A stretch of DNA of 64,000 nt from a virus. Lineage: Duplodnaviria; Caudoviricetes. How positions within the stretch are numbered: position 1 is the stretch's first letter; every line of letters begins with the position of its first letter. Positions 45,301-56,800 of this stretch are shown piece after piece. The position numbers and the translations under genes were made by a program. Where the stretch lies: the IMG/VR virus record IMGVR_UViG_3300029319_000001. One strand, 5' to 3'. The notes under the pieces are model-generated. The model had not been told where the DNA came from. It worked only from the letters and a program-made list of their open reading frames with translations, and did not search any database.

Positions 45301-48300
45301 AAAATGATATACCAGCAATAGGACCATCAAGAACTCCTGCACATGATGTATTAGATTTTAGACCACAAGTTCCTGTATATGATCCAGCATCTGCTACAGT
45401 ATCTCCATTCTTCTTTACTGCTAGAGATTTTACTGGAAAACCTGATAGACTTTTAACACCTAATGAGTCAGTTGTATTTGACTATGATTTCTATCTTCCT
45501 AGAATAGACAAGTTAGTTTTACACCAAAATGGTGAATTCATCTTATTACAAGGTACACCTTCTAGACAACCAATACCTCCAGAATCACAAGATAAAACAC
45601 TTGAACTTGCTACAATTCTTCTTCCTGCATATCTTAAAAATGTAGAAGATGCAAGAGTATATCTAAAACAAAATCGTAGATATACCATGAAAGATATTGG
45701 TAAAATTGACGATAGAGTTAAAAATTTAGAAGAAATAACTACCTTAAATCTTTTAGAAAAGAGTGCAGAATCTCTTCAAATTAGAGATGCACAAGGTTTT
45801 GATAGATTCAAATCTGGATTCTTTGTAGATGCATTTAACTCATTTAATTTTATGGCACCGAGTTCTCCTGCCGATATTGATACAGAACTTCAAGAACTCA
45901 GACCAATAAGAGAATTTGATTCTATTGCTTTACAAGTTGCTCCTAAAACAGATGTATCAGTACAACAGTTAGATCTTAGTACTGACTTTCCATTACTTGA
46001 TGATGAAAATACACAAAAGACAGGTACTCTTCTTACACTAAAATATGAAGATGAACTTTATATTGAGCAGAATTTTGCGACTAAAACAAACAATATCAAC
46101 CCATTTCATGTTGTATCATATACTGGAGAAGTTAAACTAAATCCAGCTGTTGATAATTGGATCAATACTCAAAGAACACAAAATGTTATTAGAAATACCA
46201 TTGGTATTACTGTTTTCAACAATCAAGTTGCTGCTAACTTTAATGTAACCACAGCAGGAAATGGTGGTGGATCTGCAACAGTAACAACCAATGAGGTTGG
46301 TAGAACTACACAGAGAGATGATATTAGATCTGAGAACACATTTATTGCTGAAGAAAACTTTGATCCATTCTGTCGTTCTAGAAATGTTGAGTTTACCGCA
46401 TTAGGTTTAAAACCATTTACTAATTTCTATGCATTCTTTGATAATATTGGTGGTATAGACATCGTACCAAAACTTTTAGAAGTTTATGATGTTACAGGAT
46501 CATTCCAAGTTGGAGAAACAATAAGAGGAACTATTGGTGGAACTGCATTTGAGTTTAGATTAGCTGCTCCAAATCATAAGAAAGGACCGTTTGCTAACCC
46601 CACAGAAACATATACTGTAAATCCATATGACCAAAGTTCTACATTACCAGATGGATACTCACAGGCATCAACTATATTAAACATTGATACTGTTGCACTT
46701 TGTGCTCAAGCACAAGGAGCATTCTTTGGATTTGCACCAACTAATATGGTTCTTAGAGGATTAACTAGTGGTGCTCAAGCAAGGGTAGCAAGAGTAAGAT
46801 TAGTCTCTGATAACTTTGGTGATCTAACTGGTGCTATGTGGATTAGAGATCCTAATGCAACTCCTACTCCTCAAGTAAGAATTAGATCTGGTAATAGAAC
46901 CTTTAAGTTAACATCTAGTGAAATAGATGCTGAACCCATACCAGGCAGCACATTAATTTCTAGTGGTATTGCTAGATATACAGCAACTGGTACAACAAGA
47001 CTTGTTCAAACTGATGTTAGAATTACAACCTTAGAAACTACTACGGTTACAAATCTATCAACAATTGATATACAAAGATCAGATCCACCCCCTCCTCCAC
47101 CTCCACCACCACCACCTCCTGTTATTATTAACAATACTGTGGTTATTGATAGAACTAGAACTATAATTAATAACTTATTAACTGTAGGAACTAGAAGAGG
47201 CGGTACTAATCAGAGAAGGGCAAGAAGGAGAAGAAGAAGAACTCGTAGTAGAAGAAGAGACCCTTTAGCACAGTCATTTGTAACAGGACCTGAGGGTGTA
47301 TATTTAACTAAGGTTGAAGTTTTCTTCGCAACAGTTAACTCTGGAACAACACCAGTAAATCTTCAGATAAGAACAGTTGAGTTAGGTTTACCTACACTTG
47401 ACATTGTATCTCCTGATGCAATAGTAACCTTGCGTCCATCTGACATAACAACATCTACTGATGGTAGTGTACCAACTACATTCACATTTCCATCACCTGT
47501 TTACTTAGATCCTAACGAAGCTTTCTGTGTAGTTCTGCTATCAGATAGTGATGAGTATACGGTATTCTGTGGAGAAATGGGTCAGAAAGCCATTAATCAA
47601 CAGACTCTTCCTTCTGCTCAAGGTAAGATTTACTCACAGCAATTTGCTATGGGTTCACTCTTTAAATCTCAAAACGGATCTACTTGGACTCCAGCTCAGT
47701 TTGAAGATATGACTTTCAAACTTTATAGAGCAAAGTTCACCTCACAAAGAGGATTGATAACATTCTTCAATCCACCTATTGAACCTAACAATAGTCAGGT
47801 TCCTCGTCTAAACTTCAACCCTATTAAAGGTCTTCCTAAGAAAGCTAAAATTGGTATTACTACCACAACTAATGCTGGATTAATTGGAACGGTATTTACT
47901 CAGGGAAGAAAAATTGGTGAGAGTAATCAAACTCATCGCTACGCATTTGTTGATGACAAAGGCGGACCTGTCGATGGTACTGTTGGTATCTTAACTGGTG
48001 GTAAAGGATACGGAACTCCTACAAACCCAGTAAGCACTTACAATATTACTGGAGATGGTTCTGGATTAACTTTAAATGTTACTGTTTCAGCTGGACTGTC
48101 TGCTATTACTGGTGCTACTGTAGTAAATGATGGTAATGGATACAAGGTAGGTGATATTGTTGGACTTACAACTGCAGATACTGGTAATGCTGGTTCTGGT
48201 GTTCGTCTTGGTATTAGTTCTATAGCAGGACTTGATACTCTGTATCTAACAAATGTTCAGGCACAGGAATTTGAGGTAACCTCTAATGATTTAACCTATA

Positions 48301-49709
48301 CTCATAGTTCAGGTCAAGTTATAGATTCTGGACTTGATATATGGCAATATGATGAAACAGGTGGACAGTACACAGGTGAATACTTTAAAGTAGATCACAG
48401 AAATCATGGAATGTATGGATCTGGTAATAAGGTTCTTATTTCTGATGCAGCATCTGATGTTCTTCCTACAGAATTAAGTGTTGATATTGCTTCTAATGAA
48501 ACTAGCATTTCAGTTGCATCAACCAGTCAGTTTACTGAGTTTGAAGGTGCTGTAGTTAGTGCTGCTAATACTGGATATGCTTTCTTGAATAGTGAGATTA
48601 TATCTTACACTAGTGTTGGTATTTCTAGTCTCGGTGGTGTTACTAGAGGAACCAATGGAACCAATGCACTAAATCATCTTCAAGGTGATGCTATTACCAA
48701 ATATGAATTGAATGGTGTTTCTCTTGGAAAAATTAATACAGAGCATTCTGTAGAAACTTCTCTAGTTGGTATTGATGAATATTACATCAGGATTAATAGA
48801 GGATCTAGCAGAGGTTCTGATGATAACACTAATAATATTCCACAACTATCATTTGCTGAAGAAGCTTCTGGAGGTGGTAATTCAGTTTACGCATCTAAGA
48901 ACATTCAGTATGATGCTATAAGGACTAATATTGATGCAACAACTTTTGGACCTACAGATTTTGTTTCTCTCACATTGAGGAGTGTTACAGGTACATCTGT
49001 TGACGGTAATGAATCATCATTTGTAGATGTTGGTTTTGAGAACATAGAACTCAATAGAGATAATCAGTTGTCATCAACAAGAATTATCGCTTCTAGAGTT
49101 AATGAACAGAATCAATTAGGTTCTTTGGATAGGAACAAATCACATACAATTACTGTTGAATTTGATAATGGTGGAGATGATTTCAACTCACCTACTATTA
49201 GTCTCGAAGGTGCTTCTTCTTTACTCTATGAGAATAGACTTAATGCACCAATAACTAATTATCTAACTGATCCTAGGGTTAAGCAGAGATTTAATGATCC
49301 GCATTCTGCATACTATATGTCGAATCCAATCTATATTAAGAATCCTGCAACATCTATAAGAGTTATATTTGAAGCTCGTAGACCACCTACAACTGATTTT
49401 AGAGTTCTACATAGTACTTTAAGAGCAGATTCTAGTGAAGTTACACCTGGCTTTGAACTATTTCCTGGTTATTCAAACCTTCTAGATATAGATGGAGATG
49501 GTATTGGTGATCAAATTATTGATCCTAATAATAATAGCGGTTTACCCGACCAATTTATTCCACCTGACGCTACTACATACCGTGAGTACCAATACACGGT
49601 AGACAACCTCCCTAGTTTTACTGGATTCCAGATTAAGATAGTCTTTACAGGGACTGATCAATCTAAACATCCTGTAATTAAAAACCTTAGAGCAATAGCA
49701 GTAGCATGA
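42345..49709 (+). CDS. vrlC: VrlC-like / DUF4815-like large virion structural protein (2454 aa)
   Basis: TNLNVSPYYDDF...VLFKPGFPVQARELSTLQSILQNQ, APGADRL, RRYTMKDIG, DPLAQSF, IKNLRAIAVA. Confidence 0.8.
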   Translation: MPQQTNLNVSPYYDDFDPSKGYHRVLFKPGFPVQARELSTLQSILQNQIETYGSHIFKEGALVIPGSTTFDGNYFAVQVNPTHLGTDVSVYANNVIGKRFKGQNSGVTAKVINYITATESDRDYDTFYVKYIDSSSDGDFSFFQDGEVLVAEEPITYGNTTINIGGTLASTIALNACTTGSACSIDEGVYFIRGNFVRVNKQTIILDQYNQSPSYRIGLQVLESTVSAKGDESLYDNAKGFSNFAAPGADRLQITLVLSKKNINDFDDTDFVEVLRIKEGQVFSLNRDNEYNRIRDYFAKRTYDESGNYTVNPFGINVAESLNDRLGNDGVYFKGQTTFDSNEPDDDLACLKVTAGKAYIYGYDVDVTTPQIIDFEKPRSFERVENQSFNFEMGNRFLVNNVSGITTLTERIDLMGGPIGGSLNVAGTSQKIGDAKVYGFSLRDAAYENNGTDWNLYLYDIQTYTSLQLNDNVSSDELNQSGFIVGKESGAEGYAVSAGAGSSSIQVTQTAGTFRRGEKISINGDETISRTIEKVTTFGINDVYEFAQSGNSFTASKKLNQVIPVGFGAGQFKIAADGTVTSPRADSFLIFKPGDIFSYGAANDTAGASLNVPTRNVVLTVAADGQQMKVGTMTTVTDVFDGGVKAFEGIGYRGVQDVSLQNSSLISRIPDIGVNNVDFSDSTLFLSSQVTNESSNALGQLVLPVTSVDLDDVTFVAFDQERYSVAYSNGTIQSITEDQIIITGSSITIFGLTPNQTNIRVNVTVQKSNIKNKVKEFKRCQQTEITRSVNRRSGTNPGTSINDGLNHSALYGIRVQDREICLNHPDATDIIAVLESLDTNTPVLDKLTFTSTDDIFTEAIIGEKITGSDSKAIARVISIDSGNNQISIVYLTDNKFTLLETLDFEESSATATVQATTPGKYNDITSSYLLDKGQKDQYYDYSKIVRNAGAFVPHRKLLIIYNRYDVPSGDTGDIFTVNSYDAERYKNDIPAIGPSRTPAHDVLDFRPQVPVYDPASATVSPFFFTARDFTGKPDRLLTPNESVVFDYDFYLPRIDKLVLHQNGEFILLQGTPSRQPIPPESQDKTLELATILLPAYLKNVEDARVYLKQNRRYTMKDIGKIDDRVKNLEEITTLNLLEKSAESLQIRDAQGFDRFKSGFFVDAFNSFNFMAPSSPADIDTELQELRPIREFDSIALQVAPKTDVSVQQLDLSTDFPLLDDENTQKTGTLLTLKYEDELYIEQNFATKTNNINPFHVVSYTGEVKLNPAVDNWINTQRTQNVIRNTIGITVFNNQVAANFNVTTAGNGGGSATVTTNEVGRTTQRDDIRSENTFIAEENFDPFCRSRNVEFTALGLKPFTNFYAFFDNIGGIDIVPKLLEVYDVTGSFQVGETIRGTIGGTAFEFRLAAPNHKKGPFANPTETYTVNPYDQSSTLPDGYSQASTILNIDTVALCAQAQGAFFGFAPTNMVLRGLTSGAQARVARVRLVSDNFGDLTGAMWIRDPNATPTPQVRIRSGNRTFKLTSSEIDAEPIPGSTLISSGIARYTATGTTRLVQTDVRITTLETTTVTNLSTIDIQRSDPPPPPPPPPPPPVIINNTVVIDRTRTIINNLLTVGTRRGGTNQRRARRRRRRTRSRRRDPLAQSFVTGPEGVYLTKVEVFFATVNSGTTPVNLQIRTVELGLPTLDIVSPDAIVTLRPSDITTSTDGSVPTTFTFPSPVYLDPNEAFCVVLLSDSDEYTVFCGEMGQKAINQQTLPSAQGKIYSQQFAMGSLFKSQNGSTWTPAQFEDMTFKLYRAKFTSQRGLITFFNPPIEPNNSQVPRLNFNPIKGLPKKAKIGITTTTNAGLIGTVFTQGRKIGESNQTHRYAFVDDKGGPVDGTVGILTGGKGYGTPTNPVSTYNITGDGSGLTLNVTVSAGLSAITGATVVNDGNGYKVGDIVGLTTADTGNAGSGVRLGISSIAGLDTLYLTNVQAQEFEVTSNDLTYTHSSGQVIDSGLDIWQYDETGGQYTGEYFKVDHRNHGMYGSGNKVLISDAASDVLPTELSVDIASNETSISVASTSQFTEFEGAVVSAANTGYAFLNSEIISYTSVGISSLGGVTRGTNGTNALNHLQGDAITKYELNGVSLGKINTEHSVETSLVGIDEYYIRINRGSSRGSDDNTNNIPQLSFAEEASGGGNSVYASKNIQYDAIRTNIDATTFGPTDFVSLTLRSVTGTSVDGNESSFVDVGFENIELNRDNQLSSTRIIASRVNEQNQLGSLDRNKSHTITVEFDNGGDDFNSPTISLEGASSLLYENRLNAPITNYLTDPRVKQRFNDPHSAYYMSNPIYIKNPATSIRVIFEARRPPTTDFRVLHSTLRADSSEVTPGFELFPGYSNLLDIDGDGIGDQIIDPNNNSGLPDQFIPPDATTYREYQYTVDNLPSFTGFQIKIVFTGTDQSKHPVIKNLRAIAVA

Positions 49710-49918
49710 CAAAATCATCTTTAATCCCAGTTGACGGACATCCTAATTTTTGTAGAGATAAAAACACAGGAGCTATCGTTAATACTGATAGTTCCTCTTT
49801 CGCTGCTTACCACCAAAGGAACTCCCAAAAAAAGATGGAAAGATTAGAGATAGAAGAGATGAAGAACGACATCTCTGAGATGAAAGAAATGATGAGGAAA
49901 CTAATGGCAAAGTTGTGA
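49706..49918 (+). CDS. Small conserved phage protein (coiled-coil C-terminus)
   Basis: IPVDGHPNFCRDKNTGAIVN motif, typical after VrlC-like genes. Confidence 0.75.
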   Translation: MTKSSLIPVDGHPNFCRDKNTGAIVNTDSSSFAAYHQRNSQKKMERLEIEEMKNDISEMKEMMRKLMAKL

Positions 49919-50067
49919 AATTCTATCTTCCCAAGAAAAAACCGTTTTACGCTGCCCTAAAGATTAATCGTTGGCCAGTGAATTGGTTTGATGACAAAAA
50001 AAAGTTAAGGGAAGAGAAAGAAAGAAAAAGACAAGAAAAAATTAAAAAATTATATCCAAAAACATGA
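49915..50067 (+). CDS. 50-aa basic protein, GTG start (not in ORF track)
   Basis: GTGA overlap; KINRWPVNWFD...KIKKLYP. Confidence 0.5.
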   Translation: MKFYLPKKKPFYAALKINRWPVNWFDDKKKLREEKERKRQEKIKKLYPKT

Positions 50068-50228
50068 GTAGAAATCCACACTCTGAATTCTTGAAATACC
50101 ACGGTTTTACTGAGGTTGATGCACCAAGAAAAGAAGAAACTGACATGGCAGCATTAAAATCTGAAATGGCAGAAATAAAAATTACTATGCTTCAAGTGCT
50201 GCAGGAGTTGAGGAAACTAAATACATAA
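50064..50228 (+). CDS. 54-aa hypothetical protein (not in ORF track)
   Basis: ATGA overlap; MSRNPHSEFLKYHGF...; contains a CTAAATA late-promoter-like site at its end. Confidence 0.5.
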   Translation: MSRNPHSEFLKYHGFTEVDAPRKEETDMAALKSEMAEIKITMLQVLQELRKLNT

Positions 50229-50254
50229 TAGGATAATCCGAGTGTTGTTAACAG

Positions 50255-50593
50255 ATGGCCGTCTACATTGCAAATCTACAAATAGATGCTGGTGTGGACT
50301 TTCAGCATGGTTTCAGCCTAGGTGATAGTGATACAGGAACATATTTGAACCTGAACAACTATACCGTTACTTCTCAAATGAGAAAATGGGCTGGATCAAC
50401 TACATCTGTTTCCTTCGCAGCTACAGTTACCGACCCTGATCAAGGTCAACTCGAAGTTTCTTTGGGTTCGACTCAAACAGTTAATATTAAACCTGGCCGT
50501 TATGTTTATGATGTTATATTGAGTGACGCATCTGGTTACAAATATAAGGTCGTTGAGGGTATGATCCTAGTTAGAGTAGGAGTCACAAGGTAA
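50255..50593 (+). CDS. Small virion structural protein (Ig-like, BppU N-terminal-like)
   Basis: LNLNNYTVTSQMRK...GRYVYDVIL...KVVEGMILV. Confidence 0.75.
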   Translation: MAVYIANLQIDAGVDFQHGFSLGDSDTGTYLNLNNYTVTSQMRKWAGSTTSVSFAATVTDPDQGQLEVSLGSTQTVNIKPGRYVYDVILSDASGYKYKVVEGMILVRVGVTR

Positions 50594-50595
50594 CC

Positions 50596-50808
50596 ATGCC
50601 ATCTCTCAGAATAGGTACAGGCAATCAAGTAAAAGTAATCGCCAGTGGATCTCTTGGTGGAGGTTCTGGTGGTCGCTTGTCTTTACTGTCTGATGTTAAC
50701 TCAAGTAATCTTCAAGACGGAAGTTTGCTTGTATATGATGCTGCGACAAGTAATTTCGTAGCGACTAAGAATTTCCCTGCAGCAATCATTGATGGAGGTA
50801 TCTACTAG
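50596..50808 (+). CDS. Small fibre-associated protein
   Basis: LSLLSDVNSSNLQDGSLLVYDAATSNFVA repeat-type motif; ends IDGGIY. Confidence 0.7.
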   Translation: MPSLRIGTGNQVKVIASGSLGGGSGGRLSLLSDVNSSNLQDGSLLVYDAATSNFVATKNFPAAIIDGGIY

Positions 50809-53800
50809 TGTCAGCTACCCTATTACTAAAACGAACTCTAGGAACTTCACCTCCTAATATTGCACCAGTCGGTACAGGTGTATCTTTTGGTGAACTTGTT
50901 TATACTTACGATACCAGTGATGTTGGTGCTGGTAAATCCTATAAGAAATTATATATTGGTAATCCTGCTGGTCCTACAGCAACTCCGATTGTAATCGGTG
51001 GTGAATATTATACTAGTCTAATACCAGAAAGTCCTGCCAATTATGGTAATAGGGAGGCAAACAAAGCACTTATCTTAGATTCAAATGCTAAGGTAAAATC
51101 TTGGTCTGTAGTAACTGATTTTCATAACGCTGGTGTTGGTACTAACCAAGGAGATTTTTATGTCGGTGGTAACTTAAATGTTACTGGAGATTTAGTATAT
51201 GATGAAGTAACTGGTAGAAATATTAATATAACAGGTATTGGCACGATTGCCACTATCTTCAATACTAAAGCAACCATTGCTGATGGTTCAATTAATAATC
51301 TGTTTACTGTATCAGGACTTGTTACCACTCTGACAGGTACAAGTGCTAATTACACTCAGGTTAATGTAGGACATGCTCTTACTGCTAATAATGTAGAAAT
51401 TACTGGTATAACTACACTTACCAATAATCTTGATTTCTCTAGAAATTTAATTAAGATTGGTCGTGAGACTGCATCTGGTATTAGTAGTGCTGATGGATCA
51501 ATATTCATTGGTGACTATGCTGCCACTGGTATGGGTCAATCGACTTCTAATAGAAGAAACATAGCGATTGGTGCCAGTGCATTACAATATGGTGGTGTTG
51601 GAAATAATGCTGATGAATTAGAATCTAATATTGTTATGGGTAACTTTGCAGGTTATAGACTGCAAGGTACTAAAAACTTAATGGTTGGTGATAAAGTAGG
51701 TTTTGCTTTATCATCTAGTGGTAACGATGAAAACATTGCTTTGGGTAATCAGGCAATGTATGGTGACACTTTCCCTGTTGTGGATGGTGTTACTTTAAGT
51801 ATTTCAGTTGGTCAACAAACTGCTATTGCTAATCACGACGAGTCTACTGATGTAACAGAAACAAGTGGATCTGGTCAAGGTTTGATAGTAAGACTTCAAA
51901 CTGGTGGTACTGGTTTAGTTACATTAATTGATGTAATATCACCAGGCGACGGATATGTTTTAGGTGACACATTTACCATACCATTTGGATTCCAAACTCT
52001 TACTGGTTCTGTTACTAGTATCAATGGTCGTTTCCTAAGTGGTGGTACTGGTGCTAGACAACAAAGTAAAAACATTGCCATAGGTCCATATTCATTATAC
52101 AGTGTAGATGGTAGTAGAAATATTGCGATTGGTTATTCTGCAGGAGATACTACAACTGGTAGTGGTAATATTATAATTGGATATGAACGAGATGTTGCGA
52201 TTGCTAATAGTGATAATCAACTTACTATTGGTAGTTCACTTATCAACTGGATTGATGGTAATCAACTAGGTTATGTTGGAATAGGAACTACAAGACCATT
52301 CGGATTACTCGATGCTGGTGGTGTATTCATTGTAGATAAAGGAACAGGTAATACTGTTATTTCTGGTGTTACAACTGTACCAACTCTTGATGTAGATAAT
52401 CTTGGTATAGAGGATATCAAAGTCACTGCTGGTTTAGCAACTGACTTTGCAATTACAAATGCTAAGATTCAGTCTGGTATCATTACAGATACTGTTGGTA
52501 CTGCTGCGACAATTACTAATGTAGATTTTGTAAATGCAGATATTTTAGCAGCTAAGATAACCGCAGGTATCGTAACAGATATAGTTGGTACTGCTGCTAC
52601 AATCACAACTTTTGATACTGAAACTGCTGATCTTAAAGATGTTAAAATTACAACTGGATTAGTAACATCCTTAGTTGGCACATACGCAACTATCACTACA
52701 TTCGATGCTGATGATGCAGATATTAATGTAATAAAAACTGTAACTGGTGTTGTAACATCTCTTACTGGTTTTGGTGTAACTTACAATACAGCAGACTTTG
52801 AGTTTGTTGATGCTTCTGATATTAAGATTACAACTGGTCTAGTAACATCTTTAGTTGGTACATATGTAACCTTCCAAGATGCTGATTTCCAAGATGATGT
52901 TCGTGTTGGTGGTGCTCTTACTGTTGTAGGAGATCTTACTGTTCAGGGTAATACTAGTTTTGTTCAAAGTACTGTAATTCAGGTTACTGACAAGAATATT
53001 GAACTAGGTTTTAGTTCAACAGGTAGTCATGCTAACGCTACTGCAGATAATGGTGGTGTAATTCTTAAAGGAACTACAGATAAAACTATACTTTACAATC
53101 AAGCAAGAGAAGCATGGGAATCAAATCTTAAGTGGAATCCAGATGTTGATGATAGTCTTGATATTGGTGAACCAGATGTACAGTGGAGAGATATTTACAT
53201 TGATGGTACTGCACACTTAGATGCTGCAGACATTTTAGATGCTAAGATTACTGCTGGTATTATTACAAGTCAGGTTGGTACCTATGCAACTATTGGCACC
53301 GTTGACATTGAGACTCTCGATGCTAAAGATGTAAACATCACTGGTCTTGCTGTAACAGATATAGTTGGTACTGCTGCAACAATTACCACAATCGATGCAA
53401 CAGATGGAGATATAGTTAATGCTAAAATTACTGCTGGTGTTGTTACATCATTAGTCGGTACTTACTCTACAATTGGTGATGTAGATGTTACTTATGATAT
53501 TAGAGTTGGTGGAGCACTAACAATTACTGGTGATATTGATGCAAACGGAGACTTAGATGTAGACGGACATGCAGAGTTAGATCAATTAAGAGTATCAGGT
53601 GTTGGTACAATACCAACTTTTGACACAGAGACTGCAGATCTTAAAAATGTTAAAATTACTGCTGGTATCATTACTGATATCGTTGGTACTGCTGCTACAA
53701 TTACTACAATTGATGCAACAGAAGGTGACATAGTTAATGCTAAGGTCACTGCTGGTGTTGTAACTTCACTGGTTGGTACTTACGCTACTATTACAACAGC

Positions 53801-56800
53801 ACATGTTTCTAACTTAAGTGCTGATAGTTTATCCTTGACTGGGTTAGCAGTTACCGATGTTGTTGTTGCTACTGCAGCAACCTTCACAGGTGTTATTGAT
53901 GTTAATGATGCTGATGTTGTAAATGCTAAGATAACAGCAGGTGTTGTCACATCGTTAGTGGGCACTTATGCAACTATCACAACTCTTGATGTAGAGACAT
54001 TAGATGCTCAAAATATAAACATTACTGGAGTTGCAGTAACAGATATTGTTGGTACTGCTGCATCTATCACAACGATTGATACTAATAACTTTGATGCAGT
54101 CAATGCAAAAATAAACGCTGGTTATATAACTTCTTTATATGACTCCACAGGAGTTGTTGGTGTTAACACTCAACATATGTTGAGCACTAATGCTGCAGGA
54201 GAACTTGTATGGAAAGAACCTGCTCAGATTGGTATTGCAACAATCAATGCTAAGTTAGATACATGGTTTGTATCTACAAATGGTGTTGATGACGGTGAAC
54301 CTTCTCGTGGTAGAACAGCAGAAAGACCATTCAGAACAATTGCATATGCTCTATCACAAATTACAAGTATTGGTGTTAATGATGTTCTAAGTATTGCTGC
54401 AGGTGTTTACCAAGAAACATTCCCACTTACTGTTCCAGCTGGTTTAACAATTAAGGGTGCAGGTCTTCGTGCTACTAAAATTATTCCTACTAATGCTACT
54501 AAGCAAAAAGATGCTTTCTTACTTAATGACAGATCTGTTATTGAGGATATTACCATTGCTGATATGTTCTTCAATACATCAGCAAATGAGGGATATGCGT
54601 TCAAGTATGCACCAGGTATTGCACTTACTAGCAGATCACCTTATGTACAGAGAGTAACCGTATTCAACAAAGGTAGTAATGTTACTGCGTCTGATCCATA
54701 TGGTTATGCTTCTGCTGATTCTAATCCATCATCATATATTTCTGGTGGTGGTGCATACTTAGATGGTTCTGAGGTAGCATCAGGATCGCTTGAGGCAGCG
54801 ATGCTATTCAATGAGGTTACATTTATTGTACCTAACAGTAAAGGTGTTGTAATGACCAACGGTTCTCGTTGCGAATACATCAACTGCTTTACTTACTTTG
54901 CTGCAGAAGCGATTAAGGGTGAGTCTGGATCATTAGGTATTCATTCTACAGGTCAGACTAGACTAAGATTAACAGGTATCACAACTGTTGGTGTTGGTAA
55001 TACAATTACTCTGTTTGATACTGACGGAACCACTTCATTAGGTTCTGCTGTTGTTGCATCTTATGATGGAACTTACTTAGGTGTAACTGGTAAGCAACTA
55101 GGATTTGAAGTTCTCAATGCTAGAACTGCTAAGACAGTAACATTTAATGACGATGCTCAGTTAGATACTACTGTTAAGAAATTTGGTACTGCATCACTTA
55201 AGTTAGATGGTGCTAACGATTCTATCAGTATTCCTTCTAGTGGTGATCTTGGATTTGGTACTAACACAGACTTCACGATTGAATTCTGGGCATATGCTAA
55301 TACAACTGGTCTTTCTAGTGCAACTCTATTTGACTTAAGAGACAATGGCACTGATGCTGAGGGTCTAAGTCTTGCATTCCGTGCTGCAGGTGAAGTTGAT
55401 CTAAGAGTCGGTACAACTACTGCTATTACTGGATCTGGTGCAGGTATTGCTACTGGAGTCTGGAAGCATTATGCAATAGCAAGAGAAGGTACAGACACAA
55501 GATTGTTTGTTGATGGTACACAAAGAGGTATTAAGTTCTCTGATACTACCGATTATGGTTCATCTAAAGGTATTGTATTTGGTGCAGACTTTGACGGAGC
55601 AAGTAATAATGTAACAGGTTGGATTGATGAAGTAAGAATCGAGAAAGGTGTTGCTAAGTATACAGGAAACTTTACTGCTCCTACTTCTGCTCCAACAGGA
55701 GATAAAGATACAAAACTACTTTTACACTTTGATGGTACTAGCGGTATCAAGACCACTAGTGACGATGTAATTCGTAATCAGGATGTTCGTATCACACAAG
55801 CAGGTGGTGGAATTGGAACTGCTACTAAGATAATTCTAGCAGATTACAGTCAGTTTGGTGCTGACATGCGTTCTGTCAGTTGTGCAGTTGAGTACGGTCA
55901 GAAAGGTGTCATCGCTGATGGTGACGGTGTTACAATGCGTCTTTTTGCACTTAACTTCAATATGGTTGGTGCAGGTGGAGACATCACTAATGATCCTAAC
56001 CTAGCAATACAAGCAAACGAAGTTACTGAGGTAAACAACGGTGATGTATCTTATGTAAGTATTGACCAGAAAGGAGATTTCAGAGTTGGTGAAGCATTCT
56101 TTGTTGATCAAGAAAATGGTACAGTATCATTCTCACAACAAGTAACAAGTTTACAGGCACTATCTAATCTAACGATTACTGATGGTTCAAACAGCAGTCA
56201 GATTACACCTAACAGTGGTACATTTGGTAACATCCAGATAGCAGGAAATAATATAGAATCTACTTCGGGAGATATTAATATTGACCCAGCTGGTTCTGGA
56301 GATATTAATATCACTGGTGATGTAAACATCTTAGGTATCTTAACTGCTACAGTTATTCAGTTAGATGCGTTCCAGAAGAATGATACTTCTATCGCTCTAG
56401 ATGATTCTGGTAGTGATGGTACTATCAGATTTAATACTGATAATGTTGAAGGTATGCGTCTTGATGCCAATCAAAAATTGGGTATCGGTACTGCTACACC
56501 TAGAGACAGATTAGATGTTTTAGATACTGCTAGATTTGAAAATGTCAATGTTACTGGAGTTACAACCGTTGTTACTCTAGATGTAAACGGTGACTTAGAT
56601 GTAGATGGACATGCAGAATTAGATCAATTAAATGTAGCAGGAGTCGCTACTATCACAACCTTTGATACAGAGACTGCTGATCTTCAAACTGTTAAGATAA
56701 CATCTGGTATCATTACTGATATCGTTGGTACTGGTGCTACAATCACAACAATTGATGCTAACTCATTCGATACAGTCAATGCTAAGATTAATACAGGTTT

